Shown here piece by piece: positions 29,447 to 40,505 of a stretch of 64,000 nt of DNA. The notes below the pieces were generated by a model that was not told where the DNA came from, searched no databases, and saw nothing but the letters and a program-made list of their open reading frames with translations. Within the stretch, counting starts at the first letter, position 1. Each line of letters starts with the position of its first letter. Origin of the DNA: Candidatus Poribacteria bacterium (lineage in GTDB: Bacteria; Poribacteria; WGA-4E; PCPOR2b); the NCBI GenBank assembly GCA_965116925.1, contig OZ220744.1:448001-512000 (forward strand), read 5' to 3'. Position numbers and translations under genes: made by a program.

Positions 29447-30187
29447 TTACATAAACATACCACCGTCAACTTGGATAGCTTGTCCTGTGATGTATCGGGC
29501 GGCATCTGACGCCAAAAACAGAGCAGCTTCTGCGACATCTTCTGGTGTACCGAAACTGCCCGCTGGAATCATCTCTAACATTTTCTGTTGATCTGCTTCC
29601 GATATTTTTTCTGTCATATCAGTTGTGATAAAACCGGGGGTAATTGCATTCACCGTGATGCCGCGACTACCAACCTCTTTTGCTACAGACTTTGTCAAGC
29701 CAATGATTCCGGCTTTGGAAGCGGCATAGTTCGCTTGTCCGGCATTTCCTGCAACTCCCACCACTGATGAGATATTAATGATTCGTCCACTTCTTTGGCG
29801 CATCATCGATCGGATAACGGTCCGCATACAATACGCCGTTCCGGTGAGATTGGTCTGTAAAACCGCATCCCAGTCCTCATCCTTCATCCGCATAAACAAT
29901 GTATCACGGGTAATTCCGGCATTATTTACAAGGATGTCGACACGGTCAAATTCTTCCAACGTTAGATCCACAAGTGCCTCTACATCGGCTTTGTTGGAAA
30001 TATCAGCTTGTGTTGATTTTGCCTTTCCAACTTCATCTGAAAGGGATTCAACGATGGTAGCAACCGACTCAGCAGAACGTGAACAGAGCATCACAGATGC
30101 CCCTTCCTGACAGAATTTTCGAGCAATCGCTTCCCCGATTCCACGTGATGCCCCAGTAACAATTGCTACCTTGTCCTTAAGTATCAT
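29447..30187 (-). CDS. fabG: 3-oxoacyl-ACP reductase
   Basis: TGASRGIG, NNAGITRD, YAASK. Confidence 0.95.
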   Translation of the reverse strand: MILKDKVAIVTGASRGIGEAIARKFCQEGASVMLCSRSAESVATIVESLSDEVGKAKSTQADISNKADVEALVDLTLEEFDRVDILVNNAGITRDTLFMRMKDEDWDAVLQTNLTGTAYCMRTVIRSMMRQRSGRIINISSVVGVAGNAGQANYAASKAGIIGLTKSVAKEVGSRGITVNAITPGFITTDMTEKISEADQQKMLEMIPAGSFGTPEDVAEAALFLASDAARYITGQAIQVDGGMFM

Positions 30188-30191
30188 TTAA

Positions 30192-31169
30192 TCAACCTTT
30201 ATTGGCTAGTTCTATCACTTTATTGAGGCTCTTAGTATCCTCAACATTTAGGCAAATCGCGTCTGGAAGGGTACGACGGACCATCCCAGAAAGCACTGTT
30301 CCAGGTCCCACCTCTACAAAGTGTGGGATACCGGCAGCCCCAATAGTCCGTGTTGACTTTTCCCACTGAACGGCTGAGGTTACCTGCGCTATCAACAAAC
30401 GGCGAACTTCGTCCGCAGTTTGAACAAAGCTGCCCGTTACGTTAGCAGCCACCTGAATACTTGGATTGTTGAACTGGAAATCGTTGATTACAGTCTGAAG
30501 CTGCTCTTGTGCCGGTGCCATTAAGGAAGAATGAAACGCACCACTCACTTCAAGTTTGAGGGCACGTCTAGCATCTGCCTCCTTTGCGCTATCCATGACG
30601 CGCTCAACAGCAGCGGTATCGCCGGAAACAATTAGTTGCCCAGGACAATTGTAATTTGCGATTTGAACCACACCGTTCCTTGCATCCTGATCCTCATCAG
30701 ACGACGCAGCTTCGCAAAGCTCCTGTAACGTTGCTTCCTCCAAGCCCAAAATTGCAGCCATTGTGCAATCTTGTCGCTGGGAAGCCTCTGCCATGACTTG
30801 CGCCCGATATTCGACCAACTTCAGCGCATCCGCGAAGGTAAGCACATGCGCCGCAACGAGGGCGGAATACTCTCCGAGACTATGACCGGCAACCGCTTTC
30901 GGCGCAATCCCGTGTTCGTTCAAGACTCGCAACGCCGCAACGCTACATGTTAGAATCGCCAGTTGTGTATTTTCGGTCTGTTTCAGTGCTTCCGCGGGTC
31001 CTTCAAAGCAGAGCTGGCTTAACTTCCGGTTCAGGGTCGCGTCCGCCTCGTCAAAGACAGCACGAGCTGTGTCGTATTCTTGGGAAAGTTCCAAACCCAT
31101 TCCCACTTTTTGGGAACCTTGACCGGGGAAGAGGAAAGCAAATGCGTCTTTTGGCGATGATTCGATCAT
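30192..31169 (-). CDS. fabD: Malonyl-CoA:ACP transacylase
   Basis: FPGQGSQ, GHSLGEY, SGAFHS. Confidence 0.96.
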   Translation of the reverse strand: MIESSPKDAFAFLFPGQGSQKVGMGLELSQEYDTARAVFDEADATLNRKLSQLCFEGPAEALKQTENTQLAILTCSVAALRVLNEHGIAPKAVAGHSLGEYSALVAAHVLTFADALKLVEYRAQVMAEASQRQDCTMAAILGLEEATLQELCEAASSDEDQDARNGVVQIANYNCPGQLIVSGDTAAVERVMDSAKEADARRALKLEVSGAFHSSLMAPAQEQLQTVINDFQFNNPSIQVAANVTGSFVQTADEVRRLLIAQVTSAVQWEKSTRTIGAAGIPHFVEVGPGTVLSGMVRRTLPDAICLNVEDTKSLNKVIELANKG

Positions 31170-31200
31170 ATCAGATATACAACATAGATCTCTAGTTCGT

Positions 31201-32190
31201 TTAGAGCTTGATCAGGGTACTGCCCCATGTCAGACCGGCACCGAATGTAACTAGTAATACTAAGTCACCCGGTTTAACCCGTCCGGACTGAAGGGCTTCG
31301 TCAAGTGCAACAATCGTGGTAGCAGCAGAGGTATTTCCGTATTTATCAACATTGATATACACTTTTTCTGGATCGATCCCAATCCGCTCTCCGACGGCTT
31401 CGATGATGCGGATATTCGCCTGATGCGGGATAAGCAGATCGATGTCATCAACCGTTAGTCCTACCATGTCTAATGCGCGTTGTGCAGCTTCTGGCATAAT
31501 ACGGGTGCCGAGTTTGAACACCTCTCGTCCACGCATTTTAATCGAATGCATTCTGTTCTCAATGGTCTCATGACTTGCCGGAAGGCGTGTACCACCGGCG
31601 GGCATCCCAAGCAGATCTGTATCGGCATAATCACCATCGGATCCAATATAGGACGCTAGAATCCCCTTTGCTTCATCTGTTCCCTGCACGATTGCAGCAC
31701 CAGCCGCATCTCCGAACAAAACACATGTATTCCGGTCTTCCCAATCGAGAATTTTATTAAAAACTTCTCCACCGACGACTAGAATCGTTTGATAACGTCC
31801 GGACTGAATCATACCGTCGGCAAGGTCAAGTCCATAGATGAACCCTGCACAAGCGGCTGATAGGTCAAATGCACAGGCATTTTTTGCCCCAATGCCTTGC
31901 TGCACATAACATGCAGTTGAAGGAAAAAATGTATCAGGAGTTGCCGTACCAACAATGACCATTTCAACGTCGAGCGGATCGATATCAGCGGCTTTAATGG
32001 CTTGGCGGCCAGCTCGAACACATAAATCTGAGGTTGCCATATCAGGATCGGCGATACGCCGCTCAACAATACCAGTTCGTTGTCGAATCCATTCATCGCT
32101 AGTATCAACCCGTTTTTCTAGATCAAAGTTTGTTAAAATGTCCTCCGGCAGGTATGAACCTGTTCCGGTAATTGCTGCATGTCGAGCCAT
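31201..32190 (-). CDS. fabH: 3-oxoacyl-ACP synthase III
   Basis: AACAGF, PHQANIRI, GNTSAA, FGAGLTWG. Confidence 0.96.
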   Translation of the reverse strand: MARHAAITGTGSYLPEDILTNFDLEKRVDTSDEWIRQRTGIVERRIADPDMATSDLCVRAGRQAIKAADIDPLDVEMVIVGTATPDTFFPSTACYVQQGIGAKNACAFDLSAACAGFIYGLDLADGMIQSGRYQTILVVGGEVFNKILDWEDRNTCVLFGDAAGAAIVQGTDEAKGILASYIGSDGDYADTDLLGMPAGGTRLPASHETIENRMHSIKMRGREVFKLGTRIMPEAAQRALDMVGLTVDDIDLLIPHQANIRIIEAVGERIGIDPEKVYINVDKYGNTSAATTIVALDEALQSGRVKPGDLVLLVTFGAGLTWGSTLIKL

Positions 32191-32258
32191 TATGATAGCG
32201 TCCTTTTTGGTTACAACCGTTATTCAATCGCACAGTTGAAGCGGATTATAGCATTAGA

Positions 32259-32444
32259 TTAAACTTCTTCAACTGTTTTCACCACAACCCGCCCGTTATA
32301 GTATCCACAGCTCGGACAAACACGATGAGACAGGATTGTTTCTGAACAGTGAGGACATGTTGAAACAAATTTTTCCCCAAGTGCATGGTGGCTTCGTCGC
32401 ATTCGTTTTTTTGATTTTGAAGTTCTACGTTTTGGATGTGCCAT
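32259..32444 (-). CDS. rpmF: 50S ribosomal protein L32 (Zn-binding form)
   Basis: MAHPKRRTSK..RRSH, CPHC..HRVCPSCGYY. Confidence 0.96.
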   Translation of the reverse strand: MAHPKRRTSKSKKRMRRSHHALGEKFVSTCPHCSETILSHRVCPSCGYYNGRVVVKTVEEV

Positions 32445-32495
32445 AGGTCATCTCCTTATTACCATATAGTATTGTGTATTTTAGAATCAGAGAAA

Positions 32496-33041
32496 TCAGT
32501 TTTCAAGCGCGCGATCAGATTGATCTAATAGATCTGCCAAAGCAGCAAATGGAGAGGAGCTCTCTTGGGAAATCTGACAACCGCAATCAACGATGTTGAG
32601 GTTTTCTCCACATTGCGGACAGAGTCCTTGGCATTCCTCCGAACAGAGGGGCCAATTGGGAATTTCGAGTATGAGGCTTTGCCGAACTTCCTCAGATAAA
32701 TCGATTGTATCCCCCAGATAGTATCGTTCGCCGGTATCTGCTTGCCACGGATCTGAGGGAGTAGCCGCATCTGTCGGATAAAATTGGACTTCAATCTCGC
32801 CCCAAACACTCGTTGCAAACGGTTCAACACAGCAACGACACTCGACCTCAATCGATGCAGAAACACTCCCTTTCACGTAAACATCTTCCAATTGGCGTGA
32901 GAGTTGGAGATCTCCGTGAATATCTTCAACAAACTGTGCTTCTTCTAGTGCTAAGTCAATTTCTGCCGGAGGCACCCAAACCTCGTGTCGTGTGATTTGG
33001 TTGTCAGAAATTTCTCTAACAATGAATTCGAGGGTTTTCAC
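32496..33041 (-). CDS. yceD: DUF177/YceD family protein
   Basis: [19 protein letters not shown]; upstream of rpmF. Confidence 0.88.
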   Translation of the reverse strand: MKTLEFIVREISDNQITRHEVWVPPAEIDLALEEAQFVEDIHGDLQLSRQLEDVYVKGSVSASIEVECRCCVEPFATSVWGEIEVQFYPTDAATPSDPWQADTGERYYLGDTIDLSEEVRQSLILEIPNWPLCSEECQGLCPQCGENLNIVDCGCQISQESSSPFAALADLLDQSDRALEN

Positions 33042-34261
33042 GAAGAGGTGCCTCCGAGTTCAAATCGATCGTGAATTGTACGCACGGCACGTTCCGTTTC
33101 ACTCTCATCAATGACACAAGAGATTGTGATTTCTGAAGAGCTGATCATCTGAATGTTGATATTTGCGTCAGCGAGGGCTTGGAACATTCGCGCAGCAATA
33201 CCGACGTGACTTTTCATCCCAATTCCGACTAATGATACCTGTGCAATGTTTTGGTCCGGGCTAACGCTGGCGAACCCAATTTCGCCTTTGAGTCCTTCGA
33301 TAATTTTAATTGTTGCCTGTAGGTCCTTCTCAGTTACCGTAAACGCTATGTCGGCAGTCCCTCCCGGATTTGTCGTCTGAATGACCATATCAATACTGAT
33401 GTGGGCATCAGCAACTGCCTGAAAGATGCGCGCTGCGATCCCCGGTTTGTCCGGTACACCGAGCAGCGATACCTTTGCCTGGTCTTTATCGGAGGTCACC
33501 GCGCTGACGACCACTTCTTCTATCATCTCGTCTTCCTTTACCACCATTGTGCCTTCGGCTTCACTGAAGCTAGAGCGGACGCACAGGTGAACATTAAATT
33601 TCTTCGCAAGCTCTACACATCGGGAGTGCAAGACCCGTGCACCGAGCCGGGCCATCTCAAGCATTTCATCATGGGTAACCTGATTGTGCTTTCGGGCATT
33701 TGGAACAACCCGTGGGTCTGCTGTGTAAACACCTTCTACATCCGTATAAATGTCACAACGGTCAGCCTCTAACGTTGCGGCAATGGCAACAGCAGTTGTG
33801 TCGGAGGCACCTCGTCCGAGGGTCGTAATCTCGTTATCAATAGTTACTCCCTGAAACCCCGCTAGTATGACAATTCTTCCACGCTCAAGTTCCGAGAGGA
33901 TGCGCTCTTTGTTGATGCTCTGAATTCGTGCATTGCTATAAAAGCCGCTGGTGATGATGCCGACCTGCGTTCCTGTGAGAGAGATTGCTTGGTGCCCAAG
34001 CTCGGAAACCGCCATCGCCAACAAGGCAATCGAGACCTGTTCACCGGTAGACAGCAGCATGTCGAGTTCCCGTTCAGGGGGATCTGCAGAGACATCGTGG
34101 GCAAGTTGAATCAGGTTATCGGTCGTATCTCCCATCGCAGATACAGCAACAACAACAGCGTGTCCACCCTCATGTGTTCGTGCGATTCGCTTAGCAACAT
34201 TTTTGATTTTTGTAGCATCTGCGACAGAACTCCCACCAAATTTTTGGACAATGATTCCCAC
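33038..34261 (-). CDS. lysC: Aspartate kinase
   Basis: [18 protein letters not shown], two ACT domains. Confidence 0.95.
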   Translation of the reverse strand: MGIIVQKFGGSSVADATKIKNVAKRIARTHEGGHAVVVAVSAMGDTTDNLIQLAHDVSADPPERELDMLLSTGEQVSIALLAMAVSELGHQAISLTGTQVGIITSGFYSNARIQSINKERILSELERGRIVILAGFQGVTIDNEITTLGRGASDTTAVAIAATLEADRCDIYTDVEGVYTADPRVVPNARKHNQVTHDEMLEMARLGARVLHSRCVELAKKFNVHLCVRSSFSEAEGTMVVKEDEMIEEVVVSAVTSDKDQAKVSLLGVPDKPGIAARIFQAVADAHISIDMVIQTTNPGGTADIAFTVTEKDLQATIKIIEGLKGEIGFASVSPDQNIAQVSLVGIGMKSHVGIAARMFQALADANINIQMISSSEITISCVIDESETERAVRTIHDRFELGGTSS

Positions 34262-34333
34262 GCTTACTAACCTCTTTTGTAGCTCTGCATCAGGCCATGT
34301 TAAGGACTCGGTAGCGACTGTGTGTCACAACGC

Positions 34334-35395
34334 TCAAACTTCATAGACATACTTCAGGATTGCATCTTCGCTTGCAGACACGGTAATCGGCTTTCCCCCG
34401 ATCTCTCCTAGCGCAGTGTCCGGATCCTTCAAGCCATGTCCGGTTAGAATGCAGACAATTGTGGAACCCGGTTTGAAATATCCATTCTGATTCAATTTTA
34501 TGACACCGGCAACAGAAGCTGCCGAAGCGGGTTCAACGAACAACCCCTCTAATTTTGCGAGTATCTGATAGGCTTGCAAAATTTCGTCGTCGGATACGTA
34601 ACCGATTAATCCTTTCGATTCGTCCCGTGCTTCCTCCGCAGTCCGCCAACTTGCAGGATTTCCTATCCTAATTGCGCTCGCAACTGTCTGCGGTTCCTCA
34701 ATAGCATGTCCTAAAACTATCGGTGCCGCTTGGGCAGCTTGAAAGCCAAGCATTTTGGGAAGCATCTCTACCTTGCCACAGTCGTAATACTCTTTGTATC
34801 CCTTCCAATAAGCGGTAATATTCCCAGCATTGCCGACAGGCATCACTTGATAATCAGGGGCAAAACCAAGATGGTCAATGACCTCAAAGGCACCAGTTTT
34901 CTGTCCCTCGATCCGATAGGGGTTAAGTGAATTCACCAGATGAATCGGGTGCTTTTCGGTGATGTCTCGTACGAGTTGAAGCGCCTTGTCGAAATTTCCA
35001 TCAACCGCAAGCACCTTTGCGCCGTGCATCAACGCCTGTGCCAATTTCCCAAGGGCAATTTCCCCTTTGGGCACGAGCACAATACATCTCAGTTTCGCTT
35101 TAGCAGCGTAAGCAGCGGCAGACGCGGAGGTGTTGCCGGTTGAGGCACACATTACCGCTTGGGCGCACTCTTCAACGGCTTTGGAGATAGCAACGGTCAT
35201 CCCCCGGTCCTTGAAGGAGCTTGTCGGATTTAATCCTTCGTACTTTAGGAAGATACGCAGGTCGTTACCGATTACTTCATTTAAACTGGTCGCTTCAATG
35301 AGGGGTGTATTCCCTTCCTTGAGCGTAACAATCGGGGTCTCTGATGTGACCGGTAGATATGCACGGTAGTGAGGGATGACACCCTTCCAAATCAT
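34334..35395 (-). CDS. thrC: Threonine synthase
   Basis: [31 protein letters not shown]. Confidence 0.95.
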   Translation of the reverse strand: MIWKGVIPHYRAYLPVTSETPIVTLKEGNTPLIEATSLNEVIGNDLRIFLKYEGLNPTSSFKDRGMTVAISKAVEECAQAVMCASTGNTSASAAAYAAKAKLRCIVLVPKGEIALGKLAQALMHGAKVLAVDGNFDKALQLVRDITEKHPIHLVNSLNPYRIEGQKTGAFEVIDHLGFAPDYQVMPVGNAGNITAYWKGYKEYYDCGKVEMLPKMLGFQAAQAAPIVLGHAIEEPQTVASAIRIGNPASWRTAEEARDESKGLIGYVSDDEILQAYQILAKLEGLFVEPASAASVAGVIKLNQNGYFKPGSTIVCILTGHGLKDPDTALGEIGGKPITVSASEDAILKYVYEV

Positions 35396-35410
35396 TCGCT
35401 TGCGATTTCC

Positions 35411-36733
35411 TTAGAATGCAACTTCCTCTTCAATACGGATCAGTCGGCTTGTCCCTTTGACAACATCGAGCGTATCAATCTCTTGAATCGCCATCTGCAT
35501 GTTTTTCTCAACAGCTTTGTGCGTTACGATTACAATTGAAGCAGTATCATCAATTTCATGTCGTTCTTTCTGGATGACAGATGCGATACTGATACGGTGT
35601 TCTCCAAGAATACTGCTAATCTGTGCTAATACCCCCGGTCGATCTAGGACAACAAGGCGGACGTAGTAACGGGTTTCAACATCATCAATGGGACAGAGAG
35701 AGATGTTGGCTTGTGATCCGGAAAGCCAACCGCGCGGGACTTGAGACCTAACCACCCCGCGAATTGATTTTGCAGCATCAATAATATCAGCAACGACGGC
35801 ACTCGCTGTCGGCATTTCGCCGGCACCTTGTCCATAGAAAAGGGTTGGACCAACGGCATCACCGATAACACAAACCGTGTTGAACGCACCGCCAACATTT
35901 GCGAGCATACTGCGAACGGGCACCAACGTCGGATGGACGCGGGTTTCAACCCTGTCCTGATTCAGTTTTGCAATAGCAAGAAGTTTGATCACGTATCCGA
36001 GTTCACGAGCGTACTGAATCTCATTGGGCGTGATATGTGTGATCCCTTCCGTATAAACCCCATCCATCGGCATGGCAAAGCCGTAAGCGAGGGAAGTGAG
36101 GAGGGTCAGCTTATGTGCGGCATCAATCCCTTCAACATCAAATGTCGGATCTGCCTCAGCATACCCCTTGGCTTGGGCATCTTTCAGCACTTCGTCAAAA
36201 TCGACTTCGTTTTCGTGCATCTCCGTCAAGATGTAGTTGCAGGTGCCGTTGATGATGCCGTAAATTGAATGGATACGGTTTGCGGCAAAGCTCTCCCGTA
36301 GGGTTTTGATTATTGGGATGCCCCCTGCGGCACTCGCCTCGAAATTCAGACTGACATTATGCTTATCAGCAAGTTGAAAGAGCTCGAATCCATGCGCTGC
36401 CAACAACGCCTTGTTTGCTGTCACAACGTGCTTGCCGTTACGAATCGCTTGACTGACTAAGAGACGTGCTTCATCGGTCCCGCCCATTAACTCTACAACT
36501 ATATCGACTTCAGGATTCTCGACAATCTCGGCGGGATTTGTCGTCAAACACTCCGCGCCCAGTTCGACCCCGGGACGAGATGCTGGCAGCGTACGTTTCG
36601 CAATTTTGATTAGACGCAATTGGATCCCGGCGTTCTGTTCAATCAGATTATTCTGATTGAGCAAAATCTTGGACACACCCGTGCCGACTGTGCCCCAACC
36701 AAGAAGTCCCACATTGATACTAGCGTTATCCAC
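35411..36733 (-). CDS. hom: Homoserine dehydrogenase with ACT domain
   Basis: GWGTVG, TANK, EAS..GGIP, GYAEADP; GTG start at 36733 after AGAGG. Confidence 0.94.
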   Translation of the reverse strand: MDNASINVGLLGWGTVGTGVSKILLNQNNLIEQNAGIQLRLIKIAKRTLPASRPGVELGAECLTTNPAEIVENPEVDIVVELMGGTDEARLLVSQAIRNGKHVVTANKALLAAHGFELFQLADKHNVSLNFEASAAGGIPIIKTLRESFAANRIHSIYGIINGTCNYILTEMHENEVDFDEVLKDAQAKGYAEADPTFDVEGIDAAHKLTLLTSLAYGFAMPMDGVYTEGITHITPNEIQYARELGYVIKLLAIAKLNQDRVETRVHPTLVPVRSMLANVGGAFNTVCVIGDAVGPTLFYGQGAGEMPTASAVVADIIDAAKSIRGVVRSQVPRGWLSGSQANISLCPIDDVETRYYVRLVVLDRPGVLAQISSILGEHRISIASVIQKERHEIDDTASIVIVTHKAVEKNMQMAIQEIDTLDVVKGTSRLIRIEEEVAF

Positions 36734-36754
36734 TACTACCTCTCTATACAAAAA

Positions 36755-36828
36755 TCGGGGCGACTGGATTTGAACCAGCGACCTCTTGAACCCCATTCAA
36801 GCACGCTTCCGGACTGCGCTACGCCCCG
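36755..36828 (-). tRNA. tRNA-Pro (GGG)
   Basis: CGGGGCGTAGCGCAG...CTTGA-ATGGGGT-TCAAG...GGTTCAAATCC..CGCCCCGA; CCA not encoded. Confidence 0.95.
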
Positions 36829-36859
36829 ACCATTATTCATTCGGATGAAATACGGCTAA

Positions 36860-36888
36860 ATGTTAGCATTCAGACCCCTAACTGTCAA
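36860..36888 (-). promoter_or_regulatory. sigma70-type promoter of tRNA-Pro
   Basis: TTGACA-17 nt-TAACAT with TGn. Confidence 0.65.
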
Positions 36889-36930
36889 GAAAAAAATCAG
36901 AAAAAGGGGAGAGATGAAGAGTTGATTCCA

Positions 36931-37725
36931 TCACACCAGAGTTGCAAACCAATCCCGCACCCGTACTTTATCTGCATCGTCCCCAAAACCGAGACTGAAC
37001 CAGCCCGAATAGTCCTCTGCTTTCAGCCTTGCGAACAGTGCTTCAAAGTCAATATTTCCCTGACCGGGGACAAGATGAACTTCATAGTCGCCTGTGTTGT
37101 CGTTGAGGCGTACCTGACCGATATTCTCCACACCGAACGCATCGAGGAACCCCTGCCAGCCTTCGGGAACGAGATGGCCGTGGGCGACATTAAACGCCCA
37201 TTTAAAGTACGGCGATTGAATCGCATCAAAGAACCAGTGCGTCTCTTCGACATTGTGCGGGAGGTAGTGGATTTCAGCATAATCGGGCTCTTTGTTGTGG
37301 TTCTCGAAGAAGATAGGGACGTCTGCTTGCTCTGCTCTGTCCACCAATCGCTTCATCCGTTCAACCGCCACTTCCCGTCGTCGCGAAATATCACCGAAAT
37401 GATAGCCTCCATGTCCGATGAGCCAGCCGCAGCCGAGGCGGGCGGCTAGGTCAAGGTTAGCAAACAGGTATTCGTCGACCGCTTCCGCCATGATAGGCAC
37501 ATACTCGGCGTTATTTATTGCAGACGATGGATGGATGCCGATGGCGATACCGTGTGTTGTGCAGAGATCTCGCACTCTCCGGACACGAGTCGTGTCGAAC
37601 GAGGCAATCTCATTCGGGGGCAAGTCTGCTTGAAAATCAATGTACCGAAAACTATTTTCCGATGCCCAGCGGATCAAGTCCTCAATCGGCTGACCTGAAA
37701 CGTCAAAACCGAAACGATTCATCAT
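36931..37725 (-). CDS. Sugar-phosphate isomerase/epimerase family (xylose isomerase-like TIM barrel)
   Basis: FENH, NVAH, RLNDN..EVHL.PG.G.ID. Confidence 0.8.
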   Translation of the reverse strand: MMNRFGFDVSGQPIEDLIRWASENSFRYIDFQADLPPNEIASFDTTRVRRVRDLCTTHGIAIGIHPSSAINNAEYVPIMAEAVDEYLFANLDLAARLGCGWLIGHGGYHFGDISRRREVAVERMKRLVDRAEQADVPIFFENHNKEPDYAEIHYLPHNVEETHWFFDAIQSPYFKWAFNVAHGHLVPEGWQGFLDAFGVENIGQVRLNDNTGDYEVHLVPGQGNIDFEALFARLKAEDYSGWFSLGFGDDADKVRVRDWFATLV

Positions 37726-37828
37726 TGCGCGTATCCCTCCTGATTATTGTGCAAAGAATTGGTCTATAAAAAACATAAGTGCAAAACGCAACGGACGTGA
37801 ACAGTGAAAACCCTTGGGCTCATGCCCG

Positions 37829-38917
37829 TTAGTGATCAACTCGATATTGATCAATCGCTTCCTCATCAAGCTCTATGCCCATCCCCGGTGCTTGGGGGAT
37901 TTGAACGCAGCCATCTTTTACCGTGTATAGTGTATCGGCTTTGACAAGCCTATTCAAAGGGGACCAAGCGTCCTCAGGGCGGATTGGTGGGGTTGTGTAA
38001 ACCAACTCTTGCATCCGGCATGTGCGGATGGTCGCAGCAACCTGCAGCGAATAGATTAGATCCATCCCGTGCGAACCGTGAAAAATACATTCCATGCCAA
38101 ACATCTCAGCCATACTTGCTACCCTCTTTAGCGTGGTGATTAGGTTGGCACAATGGGGTTGGACAATATCAAACGCTTCGCCTTGAACATATCCCCGATA
38201 TACCTCATCTGGTTGGTGCTCTCCGCCGGTAATAGCGATTTCTGTTTCTGCTCGCAGTCGGGCGTGCAGGTGTATGTCGCCGCGAGTGAACGGTTCTTCT
38301 AACCAGGTGGCATCAACTTCCTCCAATGCTCTGGCCGCACGAAGGGCAGTATCGTAATCCCAAGTGGACCCTGAGTATTCCCCCGTTCTATCCACCATTA
38401 CTTCTATTTTATCGCTGCCGCCAACCTGTTCACGAATTAACCGGATGGCTTCGACATCGTCCATCAGATCTGGCCGGAAAATGCGAATTTTGACGGCTTT
38501 CCACCCTTGCTCTGAATATCGCAATACATCTTCAGCCTGTTGTTGTGGTGTTACGTCGGTCTGATCCGCTGCGCCGGGCCAAACACAGGTTAGGTATAGC
38601 GGAATCTCATCACGATAGGATCCCATTAGCTTGTGCAGGGGGAGGCCTGCGGCTTTGCCTACTATATCCCACAGCGCGTTTTCTGCACCAAACCACTGAT
38701 TCAAACCGGCCTCAAGATGTCCCTCAATCTGAAATGGATCCGTTCCGACTAACAGTTGGCTGACAACATCGGCATCCACTGCCTCGAATCCGTAACCTGT
38801 GATCCCCTCATCGGTATGGATTCTTGTAATCGCCGAAGAATTGTAGTATCTCTTCTGTCGTTCCTCCTCAGATATTGGAACTTCAACACGAAAGCTCTCA
38901 ACTGAAGTTATTTTCAT
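37829..38917 (-). CDS. Mandelate racemase/muconate lactonizing enzyme family protein
   Basis: KAVKIR, MVD, WLEEP, GGE, PGMGIE. Confidence 0.88.
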   Translation of the reverse strand: MKITSVESFRVEVPISEEERQKRYYNSSAITRIHTDEGITGYGFEAVDADVVSQLLVGTDPFQIEGHLEAGLNQWFGAENALWDIVGKAAGLPLHKLMGSYRDEIPLYLTCVWPGAADQTDVTPQQQAEDVLRYSEQGWKAVKIRIFRPDLMDDVEAIRLIREQVGGSDKIEVMVDRTGEYSGSTWDYDTALRAARALEEVDATWLEEPFTRGDIHLHARLRAETEIAITGGEHQPDEVYRGYVQGEAFDIVQPHCANLITTLKRVASMAEMFGMECIFHGSHGMDLIYSLQVAATIRTCRMQELVYTTPPIRPEDAWSPLNRLVKADTLYTVKDGCVQIPQAPGMGIELDEEAIDQYRVDH

Positions 38918-38945
38918 AGCGCACCTCTTAAGGATTCAGCTGCAT

Positions 38946-40052
38946 CTAATAATCAGCGACTGAACCATCTTTCAATCGACTATCGGGCCAATCAAACTTC
39001 CGATCAGGGTCTTTTCCGGTCTCAATGACTGCTGCCTCATCAACTTCAACGCCCAAGCCGGGCCCCTCTGGTAGCGACACGTAGCCTTCCTCGTCCATCT
39101 CCCATGTCTTCCGCGCCACGCTCTCTGGCAAGATACCTTCGTAGCCTTCATGTATTAAGAAAAATGGGACGGACGCTGCCACATGTAGACTGGCAGTCAA
39201 TCCGAGATGGGACATTGTACAGTGTGGTGCAAGTGGAACGTGATGGGATTCTGCGAGGGCTGCGACCTTCTTCATTTGACTGATGCCCCCACCATGTCCG
39301 CAATCCGGCTGAAGGATGTCAATCACCTGCGCTTCGAGGATTTCACGCACCTCCCAGATAGTCCGATCGCGTTCTCCTGTTGCGAGTGGAACGGGAACGG
39401 ATTCGCGGATTTTCCGCATTACTTCAATGTTACCGGGCACCCACGCCTCTTCCAAGAAAAGCAGATCATCCGCTTTAAGGTAGCTCGCAAACTGTTTCAC
39501 AATAGGTGGCGGCAGACAGCTATGAGCATCAAACATCACAGCACCATCGGGTCCAACCTGTTCACGCGCATCCCGTACCCTCTGCACTAAATCTTCAATT
39601 TCCGTAGGTGTTCCGGCAAACGGTTTGGATCCGCCGGGACCCGTTTTGATGGCTTTGGGGCTTGGATACTTCCATATTTTGTCGCGGCATGGACCACCGA
39701 GTAAGCGGTAGACGGGAACATTCCAGAGTTTACCGGCGATGTCCCACAGTGCCATGTCAATCGCGGAAATGGTGTGTACCATCAGCCCGCCACCACGGAT
39801 GTTACGGTGGGCGCGAAAGAGGCGTTGCCAGTGATGCTCAATGCGAGTCGGGTTTTCACCGATAATTAGTTCTGAGAGCGATTCTGCGAGGCGGCAGGTA
39901 ACATTGTTTTCCATATTGTTGATCTCGCCCCAACCTGTGACTCCCATATTGGTCTCGATTTTGACATAGGCTTTGACGCCCATCGGGAAAGCGTGTAGCG
40001 CAGTAACTCTGATTTGAGATCCGCTATCTTCGATTTTTGGTTGATTTGACAT
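38946..40052 (-). CDS. Enolase-superfamily acid-sugar dehydratase (galactonate dehydratase-like)
   Basis: GWGE, SAIDMALWDI.GK, FDAH, LEE, TGER, QPD, APH. Confidence 0.85.
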   Translation of the reverse strand: MSNQPKIEDSGSQIRVTALHAFPMGVKAYVKIETNMGVTGWGEINNMENNVTCRLAESLSELIIGENPTRIEHHWQRLFRAHRNIRGGGLMVHTISAIDMALWDIAGKLWNVPVYRLLGGPCRDKIWKYPSPKAIKTGPGGSKPFAGTPTEIEDLVQRVRDAREQVGPDGAVMFDAHSCLPPPIVKQFASYLKADDLLFLEEAWVPGNIEVMRKIRESVPVPLATGERDRTIWEVREILEAQVIDILQPDCGHGGGISQMKKVAALAESHHVPLAPHCTMSHLGLTASLHVAASVPFFLIHEGYEGILPESVARKTWEMDEEGYVSLPEGPGLGVEVDEAAVIETGKDPDRKFDWPDSRLKDGSVADY

Positions 40053-40505
40053 GAAAGACTCCTTACCCTCGTATAATAAGCGTGAGATTAGATTATTAGC
40101 AGGATAACGCAAGTGCTAGTTGTCAGTTCACTGGAGCGAAGCATAATACCTAATGCGTAAGAAGAAACGGAACGCAGATTTGCGTTCTCTACGAAACTGA
40201 ATCGTTAGGGGCGGGCAAGATGCCCGACCTACGTTTATGTGTATAGGTCAGAACATATTCGGTTAGTAGGATAACATGATAGCATATCTGCCCCAAAAGT
40301 AGAACACAAAAACATATAACGCATAATGCTTTTCTGTTGACGCTCCGAATAAATTGTGATATAAGAATGGTGTTCTCCTACTTGATTCAGATTTCCGGCA
40401 GCGAGGATTGATAAGGAGTAGCTCTTCATGGCTGAAAAACAAGCGGTGGCTCTCGTGGATGAGAGAAATCCGGTCTTCACAACGAACGTCTCGGAGCAAT
40501 TGAAA

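Noticed and set aside
36734..36796. N-terminal extension of hom in the ORF track
   Set aside because: Overlaps tRNA-Pro; a better GTG start with RBS lies at 36733
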